This document shows, in pieces, positions 34,847-43,784 of a DNA stretch of 64,000 nt. Within the stretch, counting starts at the first letter, position 1; each line of letters opens with the position of its first letter. A program made the position numbers and the translations under genes. The DNA lies in contig JBCCTQ010000005.1 in assembly GCA_039198225.1 (NCBI GenBank), positions 59,829 through 123,828 on the forward strand, read 5' to 3'. Below the pieces are notes generated by a model that saw only the letters and a program-made list of their open reading frames with translations, made no database searches and had not been told where the DNA came from. This DNA comes from Pseudomonadota bacterium. GTDB taxonomy: Bacteria > Pseudomonadota > Alphaproteobacteria > Rhodobacterales > Rhodobacteraceae.

Positions 34847-36870
34847 GTGAGCGGCCAGGGTAGATCCACGTAGGATTGGAGAAGCCCGGGCGGAAAGTCG
34901 CGGTTGAGAAGCCCCGCCATGAGGCACATGAACGCGATACCGGCCACGGTGTAGATCGCGGCGTAGCCGAGGCTCTTCCGCGCCCGGATGTAGATAAAGG
35001 CGAAAAGGAAGATCGCCAGGGCGAGGATGAAGCCGAGAAGTGCTGTGAGAAGCAAAAGCCCCGCAAACCAAGTGAGGATTCCCCAAAGGCTGTAGTGGAG
35101 GGTTTCAGCTTCTTCCGCCTCCCGGTCAGCAAAGAGCGCGGACCCTTCGGGTTTGATCATCATTTGGACTAAGAGGATCACCGCGCCTGCGATTGAGACA
35201 CCGGCGACGAATTTGGGAAAGACCCGGTCGGCGGAGGCGAAATCGGGGATCATCGCTGCATTGGTGTAGGCCACAACGAGATAGGCGAGGACGGCGAGGA
35301 GGAAGATCAAGGGCGCGCGTTTGCCGCCCGTTCCCACGTTGCCTTCGGCCTGGATCATCTTGGCTTGGCGGAGGCCCAGAACCACAGAGATGATCGTGAT
35401 GATCAAGAGAATGATGACAATCGGGGAGAAGATGTACTCAATCCCGTCCTCGAAACCGCGGCGGAACCGGGACTGGGCGATCTGCACCGCCTGGTTGGCG
35501 TAGGTCTCAGCCGGGTTCGAGAGCACGAAACCGATCAGGAAGGCCGGGCGCGACCAATCAAACCGACGCATCATGATGCCCAAGAAGCCAATGGCGAAGA
35601 GTGCGACGAGGTCCATCAGGTTCTGGCCCGATTGGAAGGCGGCGAAACTGATGATCATGAAAAGGAACGGTGCGAGGAGGCTAAAGGGGATCGTCGTCAG
35701 TCGCGCGATGCCGCCCGACGCGCCGATGCAGATGAGCGTGCCGACCACGTTGGCCAGGGCAAGTAGCCACACGATGGCGTAGGTGATGTCGAGGTTGTTT
35801 TTGAGCATCGAAGGTCCGACTTCGATGTTGCCGGACCCCAATAGCGCGATGGCGCCAATGAAAATCGCCATGGACCCCGAACCCGGGATCCCGAATAGCA
35901 AAGTCGGGACGAGACCGCCGCCTTCCTTGGCGTTGTTCGAGCTTTCCGGCCCGATCACGCCGCGCACTTCGCCCGAGCCGAAGTTTGATTTGTCCTTGGT
36001 TGACTGCACCGTGTGCCCATAGGCGATCCAGTCCACGACCGAGCCCCCGAGCCCTGGGATCACGCCCACGACCACACCGATGATCGAACAGCGCATCGAA
36101 AGCCATTTATTGGCCCACCAATCGGCCACGCCCGAAGACCAGCCACCGCCCAAGGGCTTCCGGTCGGCGATTGCCCGGTCCTGGCGGAGTAGGGCGACGA
36201 TTTCGGGGATGGCGAAGATCCCGAGGCCAACGATCACAAGTTTCAGCCCATCAACGAGATAAGGCAGGTCATAGGTCGCCATCCGAAGCTCGCCGGCGCT
36301 GTCGCCTTCGCCGATGGTGCCGATCATCATGCCGAGCCCTGCCGCAACGAGGCCTTTGAGGGCCACACGGCCCGCGAGGATGCCCACCATCGAAAGCCCG
36401 AAGATCGTGATCATCAAAAGCTCGGGTGTGCGGAATTCGAGGACGATAGGACGCGCAACGAGAATAAAAATGGTCAGGAAGGCCGCCCCAAGGAGGCCGC
36501 CAAATAGCGACGACGCAAAGGCCGCTGAAAGCGCTCGTGCCGCTTGGCCTTTCTTGGCCATTGGAAATCCGTCAAGAACCGTTGCTTGGGAGGCCGACGA
36601 ACCCGGTATCCCCATGAGTACACTTGCGAAAGTATCTGATGTCGGGACGACCGCAACCATGCCGATCATCAGGGCCAGCCCCAAAACCGGGTCCATGCCA
36701 AACATAAACGGCAAAAGAAGCGAGAGGCCCGCAATGCCCCCTAGCCCCGGAAACACACCGATACAGAGCCCCATCACAACGCCCAGTACCAGGTAGCCGA
36801 GCACAATTGGTTGCAAGATCAAACCCCAAGCCTCGCTGAGTGCGGGAAGGGCCGTGCTGAGAATGTCCAT
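34843..36870 (-). CDS. tctA: Tripartite tricarboxylate transporter large permease TctA with a fused C-terminal TctB-like 4-TM module
   Basis: 675 aa. The first 500 aa or so are TctA-like. The last 170 aa or so form four extra TM helices resembling the small TctB subunit, and there is no separate tctB gene. Confidence 0.88.
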   Translation of the reverse strand: MDILSTALPALSEAWGLILQPIVLGYLVLGVVMGLCIGVFPGLGGIAGLSLLLPFMFGMDPVLGLALMIGMVAVVPTSDTFASVLMGIPGSSASQATVLDGFPMAKKGQAARALSAAFASSLFGGLLGAAFLTIFILVARPIVLEFRTPELLMITIFGLSMVGILAGRVALKGLVAAGLGMMIGTIGEGDSAGELRMATYDLPYLVDGLKLVIVGLGIFAIPEIVALLRQDRAIADRKPLGGGWSSGVADWWANKWLSMRCSIIGVVVGVIPGLGGSVVDWIAYGHTVQSTKDKSNFGSGEVRGVIGPESSNNAKEGGGLVPTLLFGIPGSGSMAIFIGAIALLGSGNIEVGPSMLKNNLDITYAIVWLLALANVVGTLICIGASGGIARLTTIPFSLLAPFLFMIISFAAFQSGQNLMDLVALFAIGFLGIMMRRFDWSRPAFLIGFVLSNPAETYANQAVQIAQSRFRRGFEDGIEYIFSPIVIILLIITIISVVLGLRQAKMIQAEGNVGTGGKRAPLIFLLAVLAYLVVAYTNAAMIPDFASADRVFPKFVAGVSIAGAVILLVQMMIKPEGSALFADREAEEAETLHYSLWGILTWFAGLLLLTALLGFILALAIFLFAFIYIRARKSLGYAAIYTVAGIAFMCLMAGLLNRDFPPGLLQSYVDLPWPLT

Positions 36871-36981
36871 CGAGATGCGCCTTCGGAACGGTGTTGGGCC
36901 GGCCGTGCGCCGGCCCTTAGGTCACCAAGCGAGGGGCAGGCTGTGGGCCCACCCCTCAGAGAATGAGAGCCGGGCTCTCAC

Positions 36982-38091
36982 TTAGCCGTCTAGCGTGACG
37001 CCGTAGCGCTCTTTAAGCCAGTCGACCACGAAGGTCTTGGCCGTTTCAGGCACTTCGGTTGCAGAGGCTTTGGCACCTTCAGCGGCATCGCCCGTCATCT
37101 GCGGATAGACGCCCAAGCGCGTGCCAGAGATCTCAGCGAAATCATCCCGCTCTTGGATGGCTTGGAAGGCCGCCGTGTAGGTGACGATTGCGTCATTCGA
37201 GGCGCCCTGGGGCAGGAAGACCATCTTCTGGGCAGGGAAACCCGCCACGAAGAAGGCTTTCCAGGCTTCCCACTTGTCGCCCGAGGTTTCGCAGGACGGG
37301 GTCGCTTCGCAGACTTCCTTGAAGGTCGGCATGTCCGGGAAAGTCGGATCGCGTACGATGTTGCCGTCGGCGTCGAGCGAGCCCCACGCCATCATCGGCA
37401 CCGCGTCGCCAGCTTCGACCAGCGGCAGGACACCGCCGAGGTAACCCGAAGAGGTCTGGTAGTCGATATTGGCTTCGCCGCGCTCAAACATTAGCCGGCC
37501 ATCGCCGCGGCCTTTGATGCCGAAGACGGGCTCGACATTGAGACCGAGCATTTCCCAAGCGAGAAGCGGTACGAGGTCTAGCCGCGTTGCACCCTGGCTG
37601 CCATAGATAAAGTCCGTGTCCTGGAGCGCGGTGGCGTCCATCCCGTCCATCATGCCCGCGAGATCCGGCGGCAGGTAGGCCACACCGCCTGTCCCTGAAG
37701 CAAGCACAACGTTCCAATCTCCGTATTCGTACCGGACCCGCGGATCGCCCAAAAGATACGGAAATTGCGTCGAGCCCGAAGACCCAAAAATGAGCGTGCC
37801 GTCTTCGTAGGCCTGGTCCTGGAACCAGTTCGCACCCTTGGTCGAACCGGCGCCCGGCATGAACTTCACAACCACCGTCGGCTGTCCGGGCAGGGCCTCA
37901 GAAAGCAGAGGTGCATAGAAGTTCGCCCATTTGGCAGAGCCACCGGTTTCCGAGAACGGGATGACCCATTCGACGGTCTTCCCTTCAAGACTGATCCCGT
38001 GGCCGCCGGCCGCAACATCGGTGGCAAAGCTGGCCGCGCAGAGTGCGCAGATACTCGCAGCCACGCTGAACGTGGTTTTCGTGAAAGTCAT
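36982..38091 (-). CDS. tctC: Tripartite tricarboxylate transporter substrate-binding protein (Bug/TctC family)
   Basis: ATG 38091 with a GGGAGGAAAA RBS and the signal peptide MTFTKTTFSVAASICALCAASFA. The upstream extension in the track is rejected. Confidence 0.85.
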   Translation of the reverse strand: MTFTKTTFSVAASICALCAASFATDVAAGGHGISLEGKTVEWVIPFSETGGSAKWANFYAPLLSEALPGQPTVVVKFMPGAGSTKGANWFQDQAYEDGTLIFGSSGSTQFPYLLGDPRVRYEYGDWNVVLASGTGGVAYLPPDLAGMMDGMDATALQDTDFIYGSQGATRLDLVPLLAWEMLGLNVEPVFGIKGRGDGRLMFERGEANIDYQTSSGYLGGVLPLVEAGDAVPMMAWGSLDADGNIVRDPTFPDMPTFKEVCEATPSCETSGDKWEAWKAFFVAGFPAQKMVFLPQGASNDAIVTYTAAFQAIQERDDFAEISGTRLGVYPQMTGDAAEGAKASATEVPETAKTFVVDWLKERYGVTLDG

Positions 38092-38221
38092 ATTTTCCTC
38101 CCTTGTGCCCATGGTTTTCACACTGGGCTCGTCATTGCCCGCAGTGATTCCCACGGGTCCACTCCACATTATTGCCGAGAATGCTTGCATGAAGCCTTCA
38201 TAGGCACCAGTAAAATTCGCC

Positions 38222-38887
38222 ATGCGGATCGCACTTGTAGAAGACAATGCGGGGCTTCGAAAAGGCATTGCCTATTGCCTCGAGGATGACGGCCATGTGG
38301 TCGACGTGTTGGAAGATGGCGATACGGCCGATATTTTTCTGGCCCAGGAAGACGGCGATCTGATTATTCTCGATATCAACTTGCCCGGGTTGAGCGGGCT
38401 CGGTGTGTTGGAAAACCTCCGAAATCGCGGGGATTCGCGCCCCGTCATCCTGTTGACCGCGCGCGCGAGCACAGAAGACCGCGTCAAAGGGCTCGATCTC
38501 GGGGCGGACGATTATCTCGTCAAACCCTTCGCGATGGAGGAATTGGCGGCCAGGGTGCGGGCATTCGCGCGTCGGAAGATCTCGCCAATTCGTCAATCCA
38601 TGAAAATCGGCCCTTTGAACCTTGATCTTGCAGGTCCGAAACTCAGCCATCCTGACGGGCCCATCGACGTGCCGCGACGTGAATTGCTGTTGTTTGTCGC
38701 ATTGGCCGAGGCCGAAGGTTCCCCGGTTTCGAAATCGGCTCTCCTTGATCAACTCTACGGTGCCGGAAGCGCAAACGATGACCGCGTGATCGAGGTCTAT
38801 GTCTCGCGCCTAAGAAAGCGGCTCGCCCGGTTTGGTGTAAGCATCCGTGTTATCCGAGGCATCGGATACGCGCTTGGGGTGGAGTGA
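38222..38887 (+). CDS. OmpR-family response regulator (TctD-like by position)
   Basis: 221 aa with a receiver domain (the DINLPG stretch contains the phospho-acceptor Asp) and a winged-helix output domain. It is divergent from tctC. Confidence 0.93.
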   Translation: MRIALVEDNAGLRKGIAYCLEDDGHVVDVLEDGDTADIFLAQEDGDLIILDINLPGLSGLGVLENLRNRGDSRPVILLTARASTEDRVKGLDLGADDYLVKPFAMEELAARVRAFARRKISPIRQSMKIGPLNLDLAGPKLSHPDGPIDVPRRELLLFVALAEAEGSPVSKSALLDQLYGAGSANDDRVIEVYVSRLRKRLARFGVSIRVIRGIGYALGVE

Positions 38888-40260
38888 TGCGAAGAGCGCT
38901 TTCGCTTCGCGGTCGGCTTACGGTGATCATCCTGTCACCCCTTATCATCATATCCATCGCCGTTGGTCTTTGGGCGGTATTCGATGCCGAGACCCGTGCC
39001 GGCGACCGGTTTGACCGGGCGTTGCTGTCGGTGGCCCTCGCAGTGTCCCGCGACGTGGCCCTTTCCGGCGGTGACGCATTGTCATCAGAAACCAATGCGC
39101 TTTTGGCAGATACGGCCTCGGGTCCAATCTTTTATCATGTTTTCGCGCCAGACGGGGTCTTTGTGACAGGCTATGCCACCCCGCCCGTGCCACGAGATAT
39201 AGAGCCTTCGGCCGGGTCCGGGCCGCAAGTCTTTGAAGGGATCCACCAAAGCCGGCCGGTGCGCGCGGTACGTTTTACGGATGTGATGCAGGTGGACGGG
39301 TTAAGCGGCGAATTCACCGTCACAGTTTGGCAGGAGCGCCGGTTTCTAAACGATGCGACCCGTGACCTGGTCGAAGGGACCTTGTTGATCATCCTCATCC
39401 TTGTGGCAACTGTGGCCTTCGTCGTCTGGTTTGGCGTGCGCTTTGGTTTGCGACCACTCAACGAGCTTGAATCGGCACTGGCCCGGCGAAGCAGTGACGA
39501 TCTCCGGGTTATTCAGCGTCAGGTGCCAATGGAGGTGACCGGCATCGTGCGAACCTTAAACGTTCTCTTCGAGCAGGTAGCCCAGAACATGGCCGCTCAG
39601 GCCGACTTCATTTCAAATGCGGCCCACCCATTGCGCAATCCCATTGCTGGGGTCTTGTCCCTTTCTGAGGCAGTTGTTTCTGCTAAAACCGAAAAGGAGG
39701 TGCGGCGTCGTGCAAGTGACTTGTTAGACGCGGCGCGAGACACATCCGAGCTCAGTCAGAAACTGCTTTTGCTTGAGCGCGCAAAGGCCGTCAGCCCAGG
39801 ATCTTCGCGCGCCGAATTTGATTTGTCCGCTGCGGTAGCCGATTGGGTTGCCGAATTTCGCGCCGAATTGCCTGAAAACGTGACCCTCGAAGTCGGTATT
39901 CAACCCGGTATCGCGTTTTTTGGCGACAAGGTGATGCTGAAGGAGGCGCTGCGCAATCTCTATCAAAATGCCCTCCGCCACAGCGGGCCGGAACTGTCCA
40001 ACGTACGTATTCTGTGCAATCGCCATAATGAGAAGATAATACTCAGCGTGGAAGATGATGGACGTGGCCTGCGTGAAGAGGATATTCCGCGTGCCTTTTC
40101 CCGTTTTGAGCTGTTGGGGCCGACCTCTGAGAGCGGTCTCGGCGTATCAATCGTCGATACGATTGCAAAGAACCATTCTGGGGAATTGCGACTTTTGCCT
40201 TTGGAAAAGGGTTTGCGGGCCGAAATTATTTTGCCTTTCAGTCCCGTTCCGGCGGGTTGA
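38884..40260 (+). CDS. Sensor histidine kinase (TctE-like by position)
   Basis: 458 aa with two TM helices, the H-box FISNAAHPLRNPI, and N/G boxes (LYQNALRHS, DDGRGL, GLGVSIV). It overlaps the regulator stop. Confidence 0.9.
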   Translation: MMRRALSLRGRLTVIILSPLIIISIAVGLWAVFDAETRAGDRFDRALLSVALAVSRDVALSGGDALSSETNALLADTASGPIFYHVFAPDGVFVTGYATPPVPRDIEPSAGSGPQVFEGIHQSRPVRAVRFTDVMQVDGLSGEFTVTVWQERRFLNDATRDLVEGTLLIILILVATVAFVVWFGVRFGLRPLNELESALARRSSDDLRVIQRQVPMEVTGIVRTLNVLFEQVAQNMAAQADFISNAAHPLRNPIAGVLSLSEAVVSAKTEKEVRRRASDLLDAARDTSELSQKLLLLERAKAVSPGSSRAEFDLSAAVADWVAEFRAELPENVTLEVGIQPGIAFFGDKVMLKEALRNLYQNALRHSGPELSNVRILCNRHNEKIILSVEDDGRGLREEDIPRAFSRFELLGPTSESGLGVSIVDTIAKNHSGELRLLPLEKGLRAEIILPFSPVPAG

Positions 40261-40274
40261 GTTGGCAGGCGCGT

Positions 40275-43200
40275 CTAGAACTTCGCGATGAGATTGATGA
40301 AGGGCCCTTTGTCATCGAGGGTAATATCCGTCAGGTCGTCCGAGAATTGTCCGAAATTATATCCGGCGCCGAGTTTGACGTTGTTGCCAAAGTGTCTGTA
40401 GGCCGCCCCGAGAATACCGGTTTCCCGGCCCGCTTGATCGCTGTCGAGCAGTCTTGCTTCCGCGAGGATATCCCATTTGTGAACAAGGTGATAGCGCGCA
40501 TTTAGCACAGCCAACGTGGCGTTGTTCTCCGTCAGCGGTGTTGTGCTGTCGGGGGCTGTCTCCGCAAAACGCACCCCGAATTTTCCACCCAGTGTCCAAT
40601 GGTCGTTCACTTCGTAGGTCGCGTCTGCGCTTAGGATTTGGCTGATTTGAGGCGCCCGTTCCTCGCTGCCATCAACGACTTGCCCGATCATGTCGTCGAG
40701 ATAACGGTATTGGAACAGAAGGTTCAGGCGGTCGTTGTCGATTGGGCGAAAGGCATAGCCCAGACGTGCGTCAAAGAGTTCTCCATTCACGAAGGACGTC
40801 TCGTCCGATTGCGTATCGACGTATTTGAGCGATGCTTGGAGACGCGCCTGTTCAGAAAATTTATAGCGGCTATCGAATGACAAGAGCACCGTATCCGCGT
40901 CTCGAGGTGCAGTGTCTAGAATGCCGCTTTCTGTCCGGTACTCAGCGCGAGTTCGAAGGGTTAGTACATCGTTTTGATGTGTCCAACCGAAAGAGAACGC
41001 GTTTCTGTTGAAGTCTCCATTGGTCTCATCGTCAATCCGACCACCTTCATAGGCGAATTCATACGTCGTGTATTGGGTCGGCCGGTAGGTTGCTCCGTAT
41101 GCGGAGGTCAGCGAGTTTCCGGATCCAAAAAGATCGTACGTGTTCTCACCGAATATCTCGACTTGATCGTTGATGGGCCGTCGCCCACCAGAAATGAACC
41201 GTCCTTCGGAGGCCTGTGAACCACTCACCAAAGGATCCGGGTCGAGTTCATAGCCGAAATAGAGGCTGCTATTGTCGGTTGCGCGATACTCAGCGAGTGC
41301 GCGAGCCCCAAATCCCAGAGCTCCGTCGGAGACTTCGGCTTCGAGGGTCCAGTTTTCATTGATGTCCGCGCTGCCACCGACCCCGATCCGGGCATTGTCT
41401 TCAAGGCCACTATTTGAAACCGTGTCTTGTCCAAAAGCGTAGACTTCCAAGCCGTCCCGCGGCAGCCAAGTTACACGGCTGGCCAGATCGGTGCGGCTTC
41501 CGTCCTCGGTTCCCCGGAGCCGATCGACCACCTCAACACCGAACGCCAATTGGACCCGTTCCGAGAGCCGGTAGTCGATTTCAGCCCCAGTTTCCCGGTC
41601 ATGTTCGCCAACGGCATTCGCATAATCATCGTGATAGATGCGCCAGCCCAGCCTCTCAGAGGTATTGTGCTCGAGTGTGAAACCCCAAAGCCGTTCTGCT
41701 CCTGTGGCCGCAGTGACCGAGTAATCGGGCGATGAGAACCCTTCCGACCGCCTTTCCGCGTAAAAGCTCAATTCGCCGTCGCCTTGATAGCCAAGGTCTT
41801 CGAATGTTGCATATAGCTCGGCACGAAGGGCGTTGCCGGTTCCTGCATTGGCAGCCGACGTGTCGATGATCAATCCACCGTCGTTGGAAAAGCTTGAACC
41901 GAAGCCCGGACCATCGGATCGGGCATAATCCAATTGCAAAAACCCGCCTTCGCCGATGCGATGCCTGATGTCGGCACCGTAACTCGTTTGGTCGGCAGTC
42001 CCGGTTGTTTCTCGGGCGGCGGAGACACCGAAGCGAAGACGGTCCGTGGTCCAATGCTCGGCGCGGAGCCCGAGATTCATCCCGTTCACATCGCCGGTGG
42101 TCGGCGTATATTCGTAGTTCACCACCAGATTAACACTCTCATCGCCGCCAGGGAGCGTCGTAACCAAGCTGTCAGTCCCGGCCGAAGCGCTGAGGGGGCT
42201 CGTGAGAAGGACGGTCCCTTGAATGTAGTTGATTGTGTAGTCACGGCCGGGCTGAAGCACAGTTCGGTCAACTACGCGGTCGGTGATTTGATCGCGGATC
42301 TCAACGGTAACGGTTTCAGAGCCGATGTTGATGTCCTGGTTTCGAAGAAAATAGACCGAACCGCCGGTGCCGCGGAAAACGTCACGCCCGGCGAGCGTGT
42401 CGGGTTGCGCGGCGTGGAGTTGAAGGCGCGATCCTGGTTCTCCCTCTCCGGTTTGACGCTCGGAGTTCCATTCGACTTGGGCGCCGTAAAGCGTCCGCTC
42501 ATTTCTCAGAAATGAATTCCCGGCCAGCCTTCCTTGGAAATCTCCCCAGAGGATAAAGTTGTTGTCCTTCTCTATGCGCGCATAGAGGTTGCCTGATGTC
42601 GGTGTCCGATCTTCCAAAGTACTGTCGTCGCCGAAGATCTGGTAGCCGGTCTCGGGGTCAATCCTTTCGGCCAAACTGTTGGCGTCTTTCCGGTCAATGT
42701 CTCGGAAAAGGTCGGATAGGGGCTGCTCCCGGGTGTCAGCCGAAATGGTTATTCGGACACCGGATGCCGTCACGCCGTCGACCGTAAATACAAGCCGTCC
42801 GGTCTGGTAATAGCTTTCCACGCCTTCGGGGGCATTATCCCGCCAGCCGACCGTTACATCCGCAATGCCGATGTAAAACCACTCTGACGACGGGATATCA
42901 ACGCGCCGCGTGAACGCACCATTGCCGAATCCCGATACGGTCACATCCACGTCGTGGGTGCCGGGGGGCAAAATACGGCGAATGGCAAAATTGCCATCAG
43001 GGTCGGTTGTCACCGTCTCTCCCAGGACGCGGACGGTTGACGTGCCCAAAGCGTTATTGCTCGAAACGGTCACCGCGCCGCCCCGGATCGGAATGCGGCG
43101 GCGGGCCGTATTGTCGGTGCCTTCCTCCACATTGGGGGCCAAGCCGCGGTCATCGCTCCGGTCGAGGCGAACCGGATGCGTTTCATCATAGCGTCCGCGG

Positions 43201-43784
43201 GCATCGTAGACCCGATAGATCGCCGAAAGGTCCTTTGCCGCGCCAAAATCCGGCAGCGTCGCTATCCCGTTGGCTGAAATTGGGACTACTGAAACGATGC
43301 GGCCGGTCCGATTATTGATGACCCGGATTTCTCCCCGTGTCGTAAAGGCAGGGTAGTTGATCCGGCTTTGGACGCGATTGTTGCCGTCACCCAGAAACTC
43401 GAAATCCAACCGTGGGTCAGCGTTGAGGCCGTCGAAGGTGACGCGAATATCGGCATCATAGAGTGCCAGATCGGTCATCCGGATCTGGTCTTCCAATCCG
43501 GGGTCGGCATCGATGGGGCGTCCATCGATGGCAAGTACGAAACCCTCGGAATTGGCGATCGGCGCCGTTTCGGGCTCTGCGTTTCGGCCACTAGGCATTT
43601 CGACGACGCTCGTCGCATTGGCGTCGATGCAAGTGTCGGGAAGGACGTCGTAGTCAAAACCGCATTGGATTATTTGCGAATACACATAGGAAGGCATTGC
43701 GACGGCAATCGCGCTTGTCGAGGCAAATAGGAAGCCGTGGAACGGGCGCCATTGACGATTTATGCGCATTGTTACCCGTCTCAT
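40275..43784 (-). CDS. Large outer-membrane-type protein (1169 aa): signal peptide, carboxypeptidase-regulatory-like Ig domain, very long beta-rich region
   Basis: The N-terminus is FLFASTSAIAVAMPSYVYSQ. The segment VRVLGETVTTDPDGNFAIRRILPPGTHDVDV has a CarboxypepD_reg-like pattern. Hundreds of residues show alternating Y/G/D/N/T-rich strand patterns. The C-terminus ...INLIAKF ends in Phe, as in an OMP beta-signal. ATGA overlap with the giant gene. Confidence 0.7.
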   Translation of the reverse strand: MRRVTMRINRQWRPFHGFLFASTSAIAVAMPSYVYSQIIQCGFDYDVLPDTCIDANATSVVEMPSGRNAEPETAPIANSEGFVLAIDGRPIDADPGLEDQIRMTDLALYDADIRVTFDGLNADPRLDFEFLGDGNNRVQSRINYPAFTTRGEIRVINNRTGRIVSVVPISANGIATLPDFGAAKDLSAIYRVYDARGRYDETHPVRLDRSDDRGLAPNVEEGTDNTARRRIPIRGGAVTVSSNNALGTSTVRVLGETVTTDPDGNFAIRRILPPGTHDVDVTVSGFGNGAFTRRVDIPSSEWFYIGIADVTVGWRDNAPEGVESYYQTGRLVFTVDGVTASGVRITISADTREQPLSDLFRDIDRKDANSLAERIDPETGYQIFGDDSTLEDRTPTSGNLYARIEKDNNFILWGDFQGRLAGNSFLRNERTLYGAQVEWNSERQTGEGEPGSRLQLHAAQPDTLAGRDVFRGTGGSVYFLRNQDINIGSETVTVEIRDQITDRVVDRTVLQPGRDYTINYIQGTVLLTSPLSASAGTDSLVTTLPGGDESVNLVVNYEYTPTTGDVNGMNLGLRAEHWTTDRLRFGVSAARETTGTADQTSYGADIRHRIGEGGFLQLDYARSDGPGFGSSFSNDGGLIIDTSAANAGTGNALRAELYATFEDLGYQGDGELSFYAERRSEGFSSPDYSVTAATGAERLWGFTLEHNTSERLGWRIYHDDYANAVGEHDRETGAEIDYRLSERVQLAFGVEVVDRLRGTEDGSRTDLASRVTWLPRDGLEVYAFGQDTVSNSGLEDNARIGVGGSADINENWTLEAEVSDGALGFGARALAEYRATDNSSLYFGYELDPDPLVSGSQASEGRFISGGRRPINDQVEIFGENTYDLFGSGNSLTSAYGATYRPTQYTTYEFAYEGGRIDDETNGDFNRNAFSFGWTHQNDVLTLRTRAEYRTESGILDTAPRDADTVLLSFDSRYKFSEQARLQASLKYVDTQSDETSFVNGELFDARLGYAFRPIDNDRLNLLFQYRYLDDMIGQVVDGSEERAPQISQILSADATYEVNDHWTLGGKFGVRFAETAPDSTTPLTENNATLAVLNARYHLVHKWDILAEARLLDSDQAGRETGILGAAYRHFGNNVKLGAGYNFGQFSDDLTDITLDDKGPFINLIAKF

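Noticed and set aside
40275-43784. Calling the 1169-aa protein a TpsB, a fimbrial usher or a TonB-dependent receptor.
   Set aside because: I could not recognise POTRA repeats, a TonB box or plug, or a neighbouring chaperone gene. The size and the CarboxypepD_reg-like domain are compatible with several folds, so I call it only an outer-membrane-type protein.
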